In this document: in pieces, positions 12,174 to 24,100 of the stretch
Layout of the letters: each line of letters starts with the position of its first letter
How positions within the stretch are numbered: position 1 is the stretch's first letter
NCBI GenBank assembly: GCA_964200075.2
Contig: CAXNAA020000014.1
Span: 1 to 38,479 of the forward strand
Length of the DNA stretch: 38,479 nucleotides
DNA from: Sphacelaria rigidula
Taxonomy: Eukaryota
Direction of reading: 5' to 3'
Notes under the pieces: model-generated
Told to the model about the DNA's origin: nothing
The model's database searches: none
What the model saw: only the letters and a program-made list of their open reading frames with translations
Program-made: the position numbers and the translations under genes

Positions 12174-15100
12174 CATGTTTCACTGCGTTTCCTTTTCGAC
12201 GGCAGAATCAGGGTGCTTTGTTTGTGTGCAGGTACGTCATATGGGATAGAGAAAACGTGGTCAACGGTGAAGACGATAGTAGCAAGTTGATAAAAAAAGT
12301 CACAGAGTTCTCCGACAAAGCACGCTCATGGTTGCAAGCTATACGTGACGTTCCGACGCAACAGATAGCGAAAGATCGAGAGCACGTCAAGACATTCGAA
12401 GAATTCACAATGGAAGGCGAAGTGGAGGCCTACCTAAACCGCTTGAGCGACATGATGGTGATGACGCTCAAGCTGCGTCTCAATGACGGCATTGATACAG
12501 CGGTCAATTGGGAGGTGGAAAAGCCCCGCCACAAATGGCTCTTCGATTATCCGGCCCAGGTGGTCCTTACGGGTACACAGATATACTGGACTGAGGAAAC
12601 CGAGGCAGCTTTGGAGGAGTTCGAGGGTGGCCAAGAAGATTCGGTCAAGCGGTACTTTGGAGTGTGCAATGTTCGCCTTGGCTGTTTAATCGACCTCGTT
12701 CTGGGAGAGCTAACCCGAGAGGATCGCACGAAAATTATATCGCTGATTACCCTTGACGTGCATGCACGGGACGTGGTGCAGAAGCTTATTAACGACAAAA
12801 CGGAAGGCCCGGCTGCGTTCTTATGGCAGCAGCAGCTACGGTTCTACTGGGCGCAGACTAACATGGATGTGGACATTCGGATCTGCGACTTCAGATGCAA
12901 GTACTTCTACGAGTGGATCGGCAACACTGGTCGTTTGGTTATCACGCCGTTGACCGACCGGTGCTACATCACACTCACGATGGGTCTCCGTCTCTTCCTC
13001 GGGGGGGCTCCCGCGGGCCCCGCGGGCACGGGAAAGACAGAAACCACCAAAGATTTAGCGCGTGCGCTAGCCTTGCCGTGCTACGTATTCAACTGCTCAG
13101 ACCAGATGAACTACCAGACTATGGCCGACATTTTCCGTGGGCTGGCGCAGACCGGTGCATGGGGATGTTTCGATGAGTTCAATCGTATTCCGATTGAAGT
13201 GCTGTCCGTTGTGGCCACCCAGGTGAAGACAGTGCAAGACGCAATCGTGAAGTACAGTGTGCCAGCAAATAGGGATCCGGAGTACAGAGACGTCCCGGCG
13301 GGAACGCCACCAGCAAAAGTCGGCGTCTTCGACTTCATGGGCGACATCATTAGCTTGATACCAACCTGCGGGTTTTACATAACCATGAATCCCGGGTACG
13401 CTGGACGAACAGAGCTACCGGAGAACCTCAAGGCTCTTTTCCGCTCTTGCGCCATGATTCGCCCTGACCTCAAGCCTATCTGTGAAAACATGCTCATGTC
13501 GGAGGGATTCCAGAAAGCGCGCACCTTGGCGATCAAGTTTGTCACACTGTACGAGCTATCGGCCGATCTTTTGTCAAAGCAGTTTCACTACGATTGGGGC
13601 CTACGGGCGGTGAAGTCAGTGTTGCGAATGGCGGGTATGCTGAAACGTGGAGAACCGAACCTGGACGAGGCCGCGATTCTCATGCGAGCGCTACGAGATT
13701 TCAACACCCCGAAGATTCCCGCCCATGACACTCCCATCTTCCTGAGACTCATCGCAGACCTCTTCATGGGATTGGAAGTCCCAACGAAGATGGACGAGAA
13801 CCTAAAGCTGAAGGTCGTGGAGGTATCCAAGGAAAATGGGCTTCAAATCGACGATACCTTCATACTCAAGACTGTGCAGTTTCAGGAGCTGCTAGACGTT
13901 CGTCACTCCGTCATGCTTTTGGGGCCGGCTGGTTGCGGAAAGACTACCATCTGGAAGGTCAGCACATGGTGACTGATGTAGCTCAACAATCCACGCAACA
14001 ACAACAACTGCCACCCTTCGATAGACTATACGACCTACCCAAATCCCGCGAAACCGCCTGAAACCGCGTGAAACCGCGTGTCGCATGCACCCCTGACTGC
14101 TATAATAGCCGTTGTCCACTGCCAGCATCCGCTATAGATGCACGGTATTTCGTCCCAGGCTCTTTGCCGTAGGGTGAGTAATGCGTAGAGGTTCTTCATA
14201 AAAGCGTACTTCCGTCCTCTTTTCCCCCTCCCGAATTTCAAACGAATTATTTGATGCAGACGCTGGCAGGCACTCACAACATGAACAAGCCCAAAAAGAC
14301 TTGTGTGGTGGAGACAGTCAACCCTAAAGCCGTTACAGGTGAGGAATCCGCGAAATACGACGGGTTCAAACATCACTGGCTGCATTCCGCAAACGTGCTG
14401 TCGACCGTTCACCCGCATGCCAATCAACAGTACAATACTTTCCCGCTCTCTCTACACCACCGCAAATATACACCCAGGGGATGAGCTGTACGGCTACATG
14501 ACACTCGCCAAGGACTGGAAAGACGGTGTGCTGTCCATTATTATGCGCGGGATGTCGAAAAATTTCTCTGATCAGGTGCCAGATGTGCCATTCGCAATAT
14601 GTGCATTTCCTGCTGACTGAAGCAACGAGCAGCTAGAGTGTTAGCTATCTCTTGTCAACAAGTTTCGAAGCGTGTTCTTTACCTGTACATGTCTGCTTGT
14701 TCAGCAGCATGAGAACCCTCTGGGCCTCAGTCTTTGTGGTTGCTGAGCGTAAGAATATGCGCCGTGAACTGCATTATTTTGCGCGCTCAAACCCAAGTAA
14801 ACGCGACAAGCACAAAACACCCATTGCTTGAGTAAACAAAGGAAGCAGCTCGAGAATATGAGGTTGGCACCTCTCTCGTCCAACACCAGGGCTGAACGAT
14901 TCGGCGCCCCAGGCACAATACAGTGCTGCATTACGTATAGGCGAAATCTTATTTTCGGTGAGCTGTGTCGTTTTATATCTGTATTATGCAGAGCTTACGC
15001 ACGATTCAAAGCGCCCTTTCCGTGTTGAACGTGTCTCGAATTCTGCTGCCGTGATTCCCAGAGCTTCTACGAGTATCAGACGTACAAGTGGGTCGTGCTT

Positions 15101-18100
15101 GACGGGGATATCGACGCCGTGTGGATCGAATCCATGAACACCGTGATGGACGACAACAAGGTGCATGCATTTAGCGTAGCCCCTCTTACCGTGGCGAGAT
15201 CGCACAAAACATCTAGATGAACTACGTCAACAGTGAATATCCTGGACAGAGGCTTGTCCTCAATAGTGTAGAACAGCCTGCCGTCCGCCGTGCAGGACGC
15301 ACGGCGGACAAGCATGCTGCCACCCTATACGTGTTGGCCCCTGATACTTTCCACCACCCGGTGTGCGCTGTATTTCCTCTCTATAGGTGTTAACGCTGGT
15401 GTCGAACGAGCGTGTTCCCCTTAGTGACGCAATGCGGATGGTCTTTGAAATTAACTCGTTAAAAAACGCCACTCCCGCCACCGTGTCCAGAGCTGGCATC
15501 CTGTTCATCAACGAATCAGGTGAGACGCTGCTGACTCTTTACTGGTACCCATTACGTCAGCCTTGCTTCCCAATGTATTAATCGTAACCTTCCCCATTGT
15601 TGGCGAATGCCTTTTTCTTCAAAGCTGACGGCATTGCTGAAAAAACGCTCGCGCGGTCGGTCCTCCTGTTGGCAGTTGACAGTTGACAGTGGTCGGAGAA
15701 GTTGGAATGGGTCGAAGCCTCTGCGATCATATCTGAATCAAGCATGATTTTTCGTTATGTAGATTTCAGAGACACCAATTTGCGAAATTAGTACTGTAGG
15801 CAAGATTCCACCACCAATGGCGCATATTATGGCCTCTTTACGTGTGACCGCCCTTTTCGTTGCTTCATGGTAGATATCGGGTGGAGACCCTTTGTGGAAT
15901 CATGGGCGAGCACCCGTGAAGACGCCAACGAACGCCAGGTTTTGCCGTCTCTATTCGAGAAGTACATCGAAGCCACGAGGACAATTGTGCGGAAAGGTTT
16001 CAAGGAGGTCACCCCCCTTCGCGTTCTCAACAAGGTACCCCCATGCGATGGGAATCTTTTTTTATATAATGTGATTCCGTCCAATAGTTCTCTCCTGCAG
16101 GCTGAGTGAATATCACCGAACTCCTATCGCCGTACTTTCGATCAAGGTGTGCACGATTGTGTACATGCTAGAGGGCTTGCTGGAAGACGTGCCCCCAGAG
16201 AAGAAGACGAGCGACCTCATGGAGCAATTCTTCGTTTTCGCACTCACGTGGGCCTTCGGAGGGCCCATGGTGGTCGACAAGTCAGACGATTACCGCAGGT
16301 GCAGAAAACACCCAGAGTGCTTGCTTCTTACCACGCGTGGCCGCCGTGGCTGTGCAGTTTTGGAGGAGTTGGGGAGTTGGTAGACATTCTCCAACAAACG
16401 TCAACTCGCTAAATGTCGCCATACCGTACAGGTATCAAACTTCGGTGGTTCAGAAAGTGGTTGACCCAGCAAACAGCGTACAGGGTGCACCTGGCTCAGA
16501 TGGAGTGTCACAGGGATCTGCCCCGTCGAAAAAAATACCTTGAATGTGGGCAACGTAACGAAACGCAACCTTGAACACGACTCATCCAGGAAATTTTCAG
16601 AGGAATTCCTATCGACGTTTGCCGGGCAGAAGATTCCGAAGGAGGGCACTTGTTTTGATTACTTCTACGATTGGCAGACCGATGGATTCAAGGACTGGTC
16701 TACCAAGGTAACGATGTGCGCCCCGAGTCCAGCCCCTCAAAATTTCCGGTCCTTTTGCTCGAGTGATTGATGCTGTGGGTACCTAATGTGGTCAGGCGTA
16801 GGGATTTTATCTGTAATTTTTCTTTGGTGTGGATTGTTAGTTGCACCGCACGAAGTATCAACAAGGAACTGAAAAATCTGGAGCTCTCCTACCTACCGTT
16901 GGCGAGTCCCTTCACCTCTGAGGCGGCTAGTTTTCTCGGGATTCCTTGCAGATGAAAGGACTGATGCTTGAGTGACGTCGTAGAAGAGCGCGCTTTTGTA
17001 CCTTCTATCGTGCGGTGCTTGTATCAGTTGCCAGAGTATCAGCCTATCCCCATCGGCACGGGACCTGGCGAGACCCCTTTCAACCAGCTTGCGGTGAGCA
17101 CGACGGACACGGTGAGAATGACGTACATCATGAACAAGCTGGTCCGCAGGGAGAAATTTATGATGCTCGTGGGCACCGCAGGGACCGGGAAGACTTCCAT
17201 AATCAAGGAGTACCTTCGCAGGTACGCTGGCCACGCCATCCGCTATCAGCATCATCACATCATCTGCGATGTTTGTATTCAAACCGCTATATTCCGTGCG
17301 TGGCTGCTCACATCTCGTACAGCTCGCATAGGCAAATCCCCACGTTCACGCCACACGCGCATGCGTCAACATCACGCTGGATTCCTTCAATACACCGAAG
17401 ACAAGTGCGGAAGTACATCGGGATACCTTTACGATGAAACACGACCAATATGCGCTCTTGCACCCCCTGCAATGGACAGTTTGGACAAAGATGCTGACGG
17501 GTTGTTGAGCGTGAACATCAACATGAACTACTTCACCGACTCTGCAGCCCTCCAGCAGGTAAGTCTGAAGCGCAATGCAGCAAAGGGTGTTTAATTTCCA
17601 TCACGTTTATCTCTCGAGCATCAATTTCGTGCGTGTTGAGTGCCTTAGCCAACGACGAGGCTCTCTGCTGTGCGCGCTACTTTTTACGCTAGATGAGGCG
17701 TTACAGTGGACGCTTCAGCGAGCGAGAGAGGCGACTTTCGGCACGCGGAGCCAATGCGTGTATGTGTGGGAAGCACCTGGCATACAATTACCCACGTGTT
17801 TGTTCTCGAAAGCACATGTTATGTGTATTTTGTGTACAAACACTTGTCACAAAGGGGACAAACGTAGTTTCTCGTCTCCGTCGGATACATTGATGTACAT
17901 TATTCCAACAGGAGCTTGAGATGAACATTGACAAGCGCTCTGGTAGGAGATTCGGACCGCCGGCCACCAAACACCTCATCTTCTTCCTGGATGACATGAA
18001 TCTTCCTTACGTCGAGACTTACGGGACCCAAAATGCCATTGCCTTGCTGACTCAAATTGTGGGTTACGGGACGTTCTTCGATCGTGGCGATCTTGGATTC

Positions 18101-21100
18101 CGAAAAGAGGTGAGCATGATGCGGGTTAAATGAGGGTTAATCTCTTCCTGCTTTAATATCCCATCGCCACGGCGGTGAAACTCGCACATCAAGATCAACT
18201 TGGGCAAATTCCGCGGCTTCGATTGCCGTCAGTAAAGTATTTTTTTCCGGCTTCCGTCTTTTGCAAACATGAGAGTGAGATGTGGGAGTTGGAAGAACAA
18301 TTCAGTGGCAGTCGGCGGACTGCAGAAGTGCTAAACTGCCACAGCACTCTATAATGAAGTGCAGGGAAAGTACTGGGGGAGACCTTCAGACTACAGACTT
18401 GCCATGGGGAGGAGGGAGAGCGCCAAGGAGAAAAACGTTCATGTAGTCGGCGTGTCTTGGAAGCTTTCAGATAGGTTTTGTGATACTTGGGACGTATTTA
18501 CCTATCTTAGTACTCCATTGTGGCAATACAAGTAAAGTTTAGCCCTGGTGCTAGACTGTATTGGCCCAGAAAAGGAGGGCCACAACTGCGGGAGGAATCA
18601 TGTAAGCCGTTGCACTTTCAAGAAGTCTCAGCCAAACGCTTAGACTAAAGTCCCAGAGACCACCAAGCTTGTCTCCGTCCAGCGAACTGAAGCAGGCTGA
18701 ACACTACTGTACAATCGTGGGAGAGCAGACAGAGGATAGGCGCTCAACGGTTTTCAAGTACTCTGTACTTCACGTCCTGAAACAGACTGCTGGTTGGTAG
18801 CTTATTGACACATGGTAGAGCACAATTGATGCGTTGCTTGAGGTTATAGGACAGGCTTTGGGATGCTGTACAGGGCGTGGTGTACGTCCTGATCACTATA
18901 TGAAAAATCTTGCCATGGGGGTGATATCTGCTGTTGATCGGTAACATCCGCCGCATTTTATCGTTCCGCGCTGGGAAAACTCGCTGGCCCCCAACCGCGC
19001 GAATGAAGAGAAACTGCACACATTTGATGCCGCCCTGGGTCTGTCTCGCTGGTCGAATCGTGTTTTGTAGGATACACCTCCAGGATGCGTGCTTCAAGTA
19101 GGGGGCGGGGCGCTGCTTACACCCTAGACGAGATAATATGTTTCCATACAACATCGATACTTTATTTTGAAAAAGGTAAATGGGCTGCTCCCAAAGAACG
19201 CATTGCGTGTGCTCCTGTCGGGGATACGGCAATATATATATATATATGTATATATATATTGCTCATGTCATCGTCGCGGGTCTATTACATGCCAACAAAT
19301 GTTGGGGACAAGGTTGCCACGGAACGATGCGTTGCAATATGTGGTCTCCATGCCGGCCTTGGGTATATCTATCGGCAGGTCGATACAAATCGAGTTCAAC
19401 GGACGCATGACATGTTACGAAATACATATTGACTACGAATACCAAATGTTGGGGCACGCTCATTGCTTGGGTAATGTGCGGCCAGTATACATCGAATACG
19501 TTCGTGAGCATGCATGGAATGGTTTCAGCAATGGGTAATATAATTTCAAATGGCGCCGACGGAGCTAGAATTACACCCCATACGCTTCTCACACAATCCC
19601 CGATATACATGTTGAATTCCCCATACTGTTCGTGCTCGACATCGTGTAGTTCGTCGGTCGGTCCGCTCGTGTTTTGTATGCTCAATATATGTTGCTCGCG
19701 TTGACGCACGATATATTTTGCCAGCAATTTATATTGCCACCTCGAGTGTTGAGTATATTGGCTCTCGATAGACACGGTCTTGTTTGGCACACAGTGTATC
19801 AATCGACTATATGTATTGGTGGCTTCCTGGAGGAATATATTGCGCCAACAGTATATATCGAGGGCCGCATGGCCTGATATGTTCGTGCGTCAATACATAT
19901 TACGTACTACGTCATCACGACATGCAATGTAGTGATGGCATAATATATATCGACTGTTCTCTTGTTCCATATATATTTCGGTTAGTATCTATGTCCTTCG
20001 TATTGCACAACCTACGCATCAACATATTGTGTAGGCAATACATATTTGATATTTTATCGCCCAGGGACTGTGCTTGTTCGAGGGCTAAGACGCTAGAACT
20101 GCTCGACTGTCTGTTGTTAATGTCTGTTGTAAATTACAAATAGCCAATGAATCTCTCGACCTCCCCCCGCCCCCCCCCCTTGTCGCGGCATCACATCGCG
20201 CGACAGATCGTAGATGTGCAATTCTTGTCTGCGATGAACCCTACCGCTGGTTCCTTCGAGATCTGCGAGCGCCTGCAGCGGCACTTTGCAACATTCTCGT
20301 GCCAAATGCCTTCGGTGGCCGATTTGAAGCTCATTTACTCGTCCATTCTTTCCGGACACGTGCTTGGATGGGGAGACAACATCAACAACATGTGCACCCG
20401 CATCGTGGACGCTAGCATCGGGATACACAGTCTCGTGGGTGATTCCGTACGGTAGTAGCTTGACCACATGAACATTGAGAGATTTTATGTTCGGCGAAGT
20501 AAGGTTAGCCACGTAAGAGCAGAGAATCAACGGCTAAAAACGACTAATCCCCGATGTTTCATGCTCTCAGCTTGCTGACATAAGTCCCGCCTTCGTTTTC
20601 ACTACCAAGAGCGGACCTAGCGCTTGGCTGAGATACTGTAATTGTTTTGCGCTCCAATGCCTAGAGTCATCACAGCCATGCACCACCCATCGCAGCTTTC
20701 CTACCCAGCGCGTCGGCACTCGATGCAAACTATCATGGCTGAACTTCTGCACTTATGTCCTGCTCTGCGATCACAGGTGGCCTCCAAGTTCCTACCGTCT
20801 GCCATCAAGTTCACGTATAACTGGAACATGCGCGAACTGTCCAATATCTTCCAAGGGATGTGCCAGGTGGGGAAGCTGTACCTTTTTCAACGAATACACC
20901 TATGCTTCAAGCCCAATATGAAATCATTTTTATTAGTACACGTAGGAGCAATTCAACGTTTGAAAATATTCAACATTCTTGAGTTTTATGGATAAGCTAA
21001 TGCTGATGACGGCCACCATTGGCGCGTATCCTCCATCTGTTTTGCCACCATGGATATCTCCGCTCGTTGCTCTATCCTTTCAAATTCATACTGTACACGT

Positions 21101-24100
21101 ATTCCGGCGTTATGATATGCTGTATTTGAATAGGCGGATCAAGACACGTACACTGCTCCCCTTGATCTCGCTCGCCTGTGGGTTCACGAGTGCGAGCGAG
21201 TGTTTCGCGACCGCATCATCAACGACATAGAGATGGAGGGGTTTGACGTCATGATGGCGGATGTAGCCAAGAAATTCCTGTCGGAGTTCCAGGTGAGCGC
21301 GCTGCAGATCGAGGTGAAGAGGAGGTGTGGCGAGCAAATCCATAACTGTCCACACTTCCTAGCCCCGTCGTGTTTGTGGGATTGATCAGGGTTTGAGTTA
21401 CTTTCAGCCGTCTGTCAACGAATATCAACGAATGTGCCACAATGGAAGCCAGACTGGTAAATGTGTGCTGTTAATACATTATTCTATCGCGCGCCGCATA
21501 CTCCACTAGGCTGACGTGTTCAAGCGACCGGTGATATTTACGACGTTCTGTGGGAGAGGGACAACCAATTCGTACGCCGGCGTCGCGGAGATGGTGACGC
21601 TCAAGTCAGTCCTGGACGGAAAGCTACAGGAGTACAACGAGAGCAATCCCATGATGGACCTTGTCCTCTTCGACCAGGCTATGGTGAGTGATCGCGCACA
21701 AAACAAATCGCGTGCCTTAGCCTATCGCTTAACGATGCCTGCTTCCCACGTGGCGCTGACACTCCAGTATGCCGGACACCTCTTCATATAGACGTGGGTG
21801 CACAAGTGTGGAAATTTAGCTGCACGATGCCGCCTGAAATTGAAATTGCTCCTATTTGTTGGATGATCTCATCGTGCTGCTGAACAGCCGATCATTGAAA
21901 TTGAGGATGGAGCTTTTCATCGAGGATGATAACCCGGCACATTAAAATCTTCGCATCCACGCCAATTCTTCGAGATATGGTTCCATTCCTTCATCTGCTG
22001 GTAGCTACTGACAACTACTACACGCCAAAGAAAAAATGGATTCCGATTACTGAAATTTGGGGGTCCTAGGTGGAGAAGAAAATGTTGGGAATTTAAGTGA
22101 TCCGGCAGACGGCAACCGAGCGGTGCGCGTGTACCCCGACTCGATTTTGCAGGAACATGTAACGCGGATCTGCCGGATCATCCAAAGACCCAGCGGTAAC
22201 GCCATGCTCATTGGTGTGGGTGGGTCGGGAAAGCAGTCTCTGTCGAGGCTTTCGGCTTTCATCTGTGGCTTCGAGGTCCGCCAGCTCTCGGTCACTTCGA
22301 AGTTCAAGGTGAACTGCCACCCGCGTGCGTCATGCTGTGAACCGTTGTCAAGAAGAGAAAATAACAATTGCCTCGTCGTGCTCTAAGAAAGTCCTTCCGC
22401 TGGCTGGATGCCGGAGAAGCAGTCCCTGGGGGTGTTCTCCATCTGGAAATCTTTTTCGTCGAACGTTTTTTGCCGTGAGAACACAAGGAAAGGAAAATAC
22501 ATCCTCCGAAATAACACTACAACGCAGTGTCGACAGCAGAACTTTTCGTGCCCCGCGCTCAGTACTGATTGGCCGTTAATGTCGCATACACTGTGGTAGG
22601 TGGAAGATCTCAAGGAGGCGCTCCAGGAGATGTTCAAGACGGCGGGCGTAAAGGGTATCCCGCTGCTGTTCCTCATGACCGACGGCCAGATCGTCAATGA
22701 GCGGTTCCTCGTCTACATAAACGATATCCTTGCAAATGGATGGATCAGTGATCTATTTGCCAAGGTTCGAAAATTCAGCATCATTGGATATACAACAAAC
22801 GCAACTCATAGCTTGTCGCCGGGCCAATTTTGCCCATCGGACGTCGCCACTACCAAGTAGGACTGATGGTGGAAGACGCGGAGACATAAAAGCAGATGTT
22901 ACGGGGGATGACTGTGGAGGTCATTCGATCTGATGGAACAAAACGGTTGTATTCGAGCACACGATTCCCTCACAAAGCACCCTCCCGCTTCGATACATGT
23001 GCTTCTTCCAGGATGAAGTATTGGGTCTCATTGGCGGTGTGCGAAATGAAGCAAAAGCAGCCGGAATTCCAGACACGCCTGAGGCCGGCTTGGAGTTCCT
23101 CATCTCGAGAATCCGGAGCAACTTGCACGTTAACCTATGTTTCTCGCCCGTCGGGGATATCTTCCGTATACGTGAGAATGAATATTTCGGCGACCTTGAT
23201 GTAAAACCATTTTTGTGTAGCATGCTGTTTTTCGAGATGATAAGGCACGCTAAGTGGCCGGGCCACCTTAGAAGACGCCACCTTAGGAAACAAGGTATTT
23301 TTTTCCGACGAAAATCTGTGATAATATCCGGTGTAGTAGTAGTTCGATCCATTATCAACGGAGCTGTTTTCTTTTCAGACGTTTCCGACTTACTCGTAAA
23401 TAAAAACTTCCTTCCCGAAAAATGTGACAGCAGATATCTCAACCACGCCGAGGAATAGAACAATTCAAGGTTAACTGCATATTACACGGAGAATTTGGAG
23501 ATTTTTTTCAGAGAAGTCCGAAATTCTCCAAAAATTGATGTAAAGTATGAAAAATAAATACTGTTAATAATGGCCCTTCATGGGCATGGTTAGTTGCGTC
23601 GTCTGAATCGTATGTTCAACTGCAACGAGAATTTTCTCTCGTGGGGGATCTGTTGCCGTCAGGAGAATGTAAAGTGGAATTGCGCAAGCTCATGTGATCA
23701 CAGCAAGGAAATGAAGACTGGCTTGATTGACATTCCTGCTCCACAGCAGTATGCCTTCCTAGCTGAAGGGGACAAATCGCTTCACTCAGTTCACCGCAGT
23801 GAAATCGATCGAGGTGGTTTATACTCCATCATCGAGCGAATATGAGGACCACCTCCGCGCTAGTGAAGGGTTAAGCCTTGCGTGATGAGTTACGCAGCTA
23901 GCTTGCTGTGCCTATTTTCTCTCCACAGGTGCTCGACGTTTCCCTGGATTAATCAACTGCACATCGGTGGACTTCTTCCACCCATGGCCGAGACAGGCCT
24001 TGGTGAGCGTGGCTGCTCGATTCTTGGATGATGTGGAGCTTGGTGAGGCGTCGGTGAAGGAAAGCCTCGCGGTGCATATGGCGGAAGAACATATATCTGT

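Noticed and set aside
12218..12237. tttgtgtgcag|gtacgt, a recursive-splice-like AG/GT site in intron 21
   Set aside because: The intron is only 322 nt and use as an acceptor gives an early stop. It is expected by chance and unsupported without junction reads.
11918..12364. N-terminal part of the 684-aa ORF, including a VCVCVC repeat
   Set aside because: It is an out-of-frame piece of exon 21 plus intron 21 with the (TG)24 microsatellite. The real exon starts at 12365 (EM|IAKD restores the dynein linker).
10130..13830. Multiple minus-strand ORFs over the large exons
   Set aside because: Antisense shadows of codon-biased dynein exons, with no independent protein features.
18744..20143. Cluster of 100-180-aa ORFs in intron 32 as a possible nested gene
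   Set aside because: Overlapping low-complexity I/Y/C-rich translations on both strands, with no recognisable domain or consistent splice structure.
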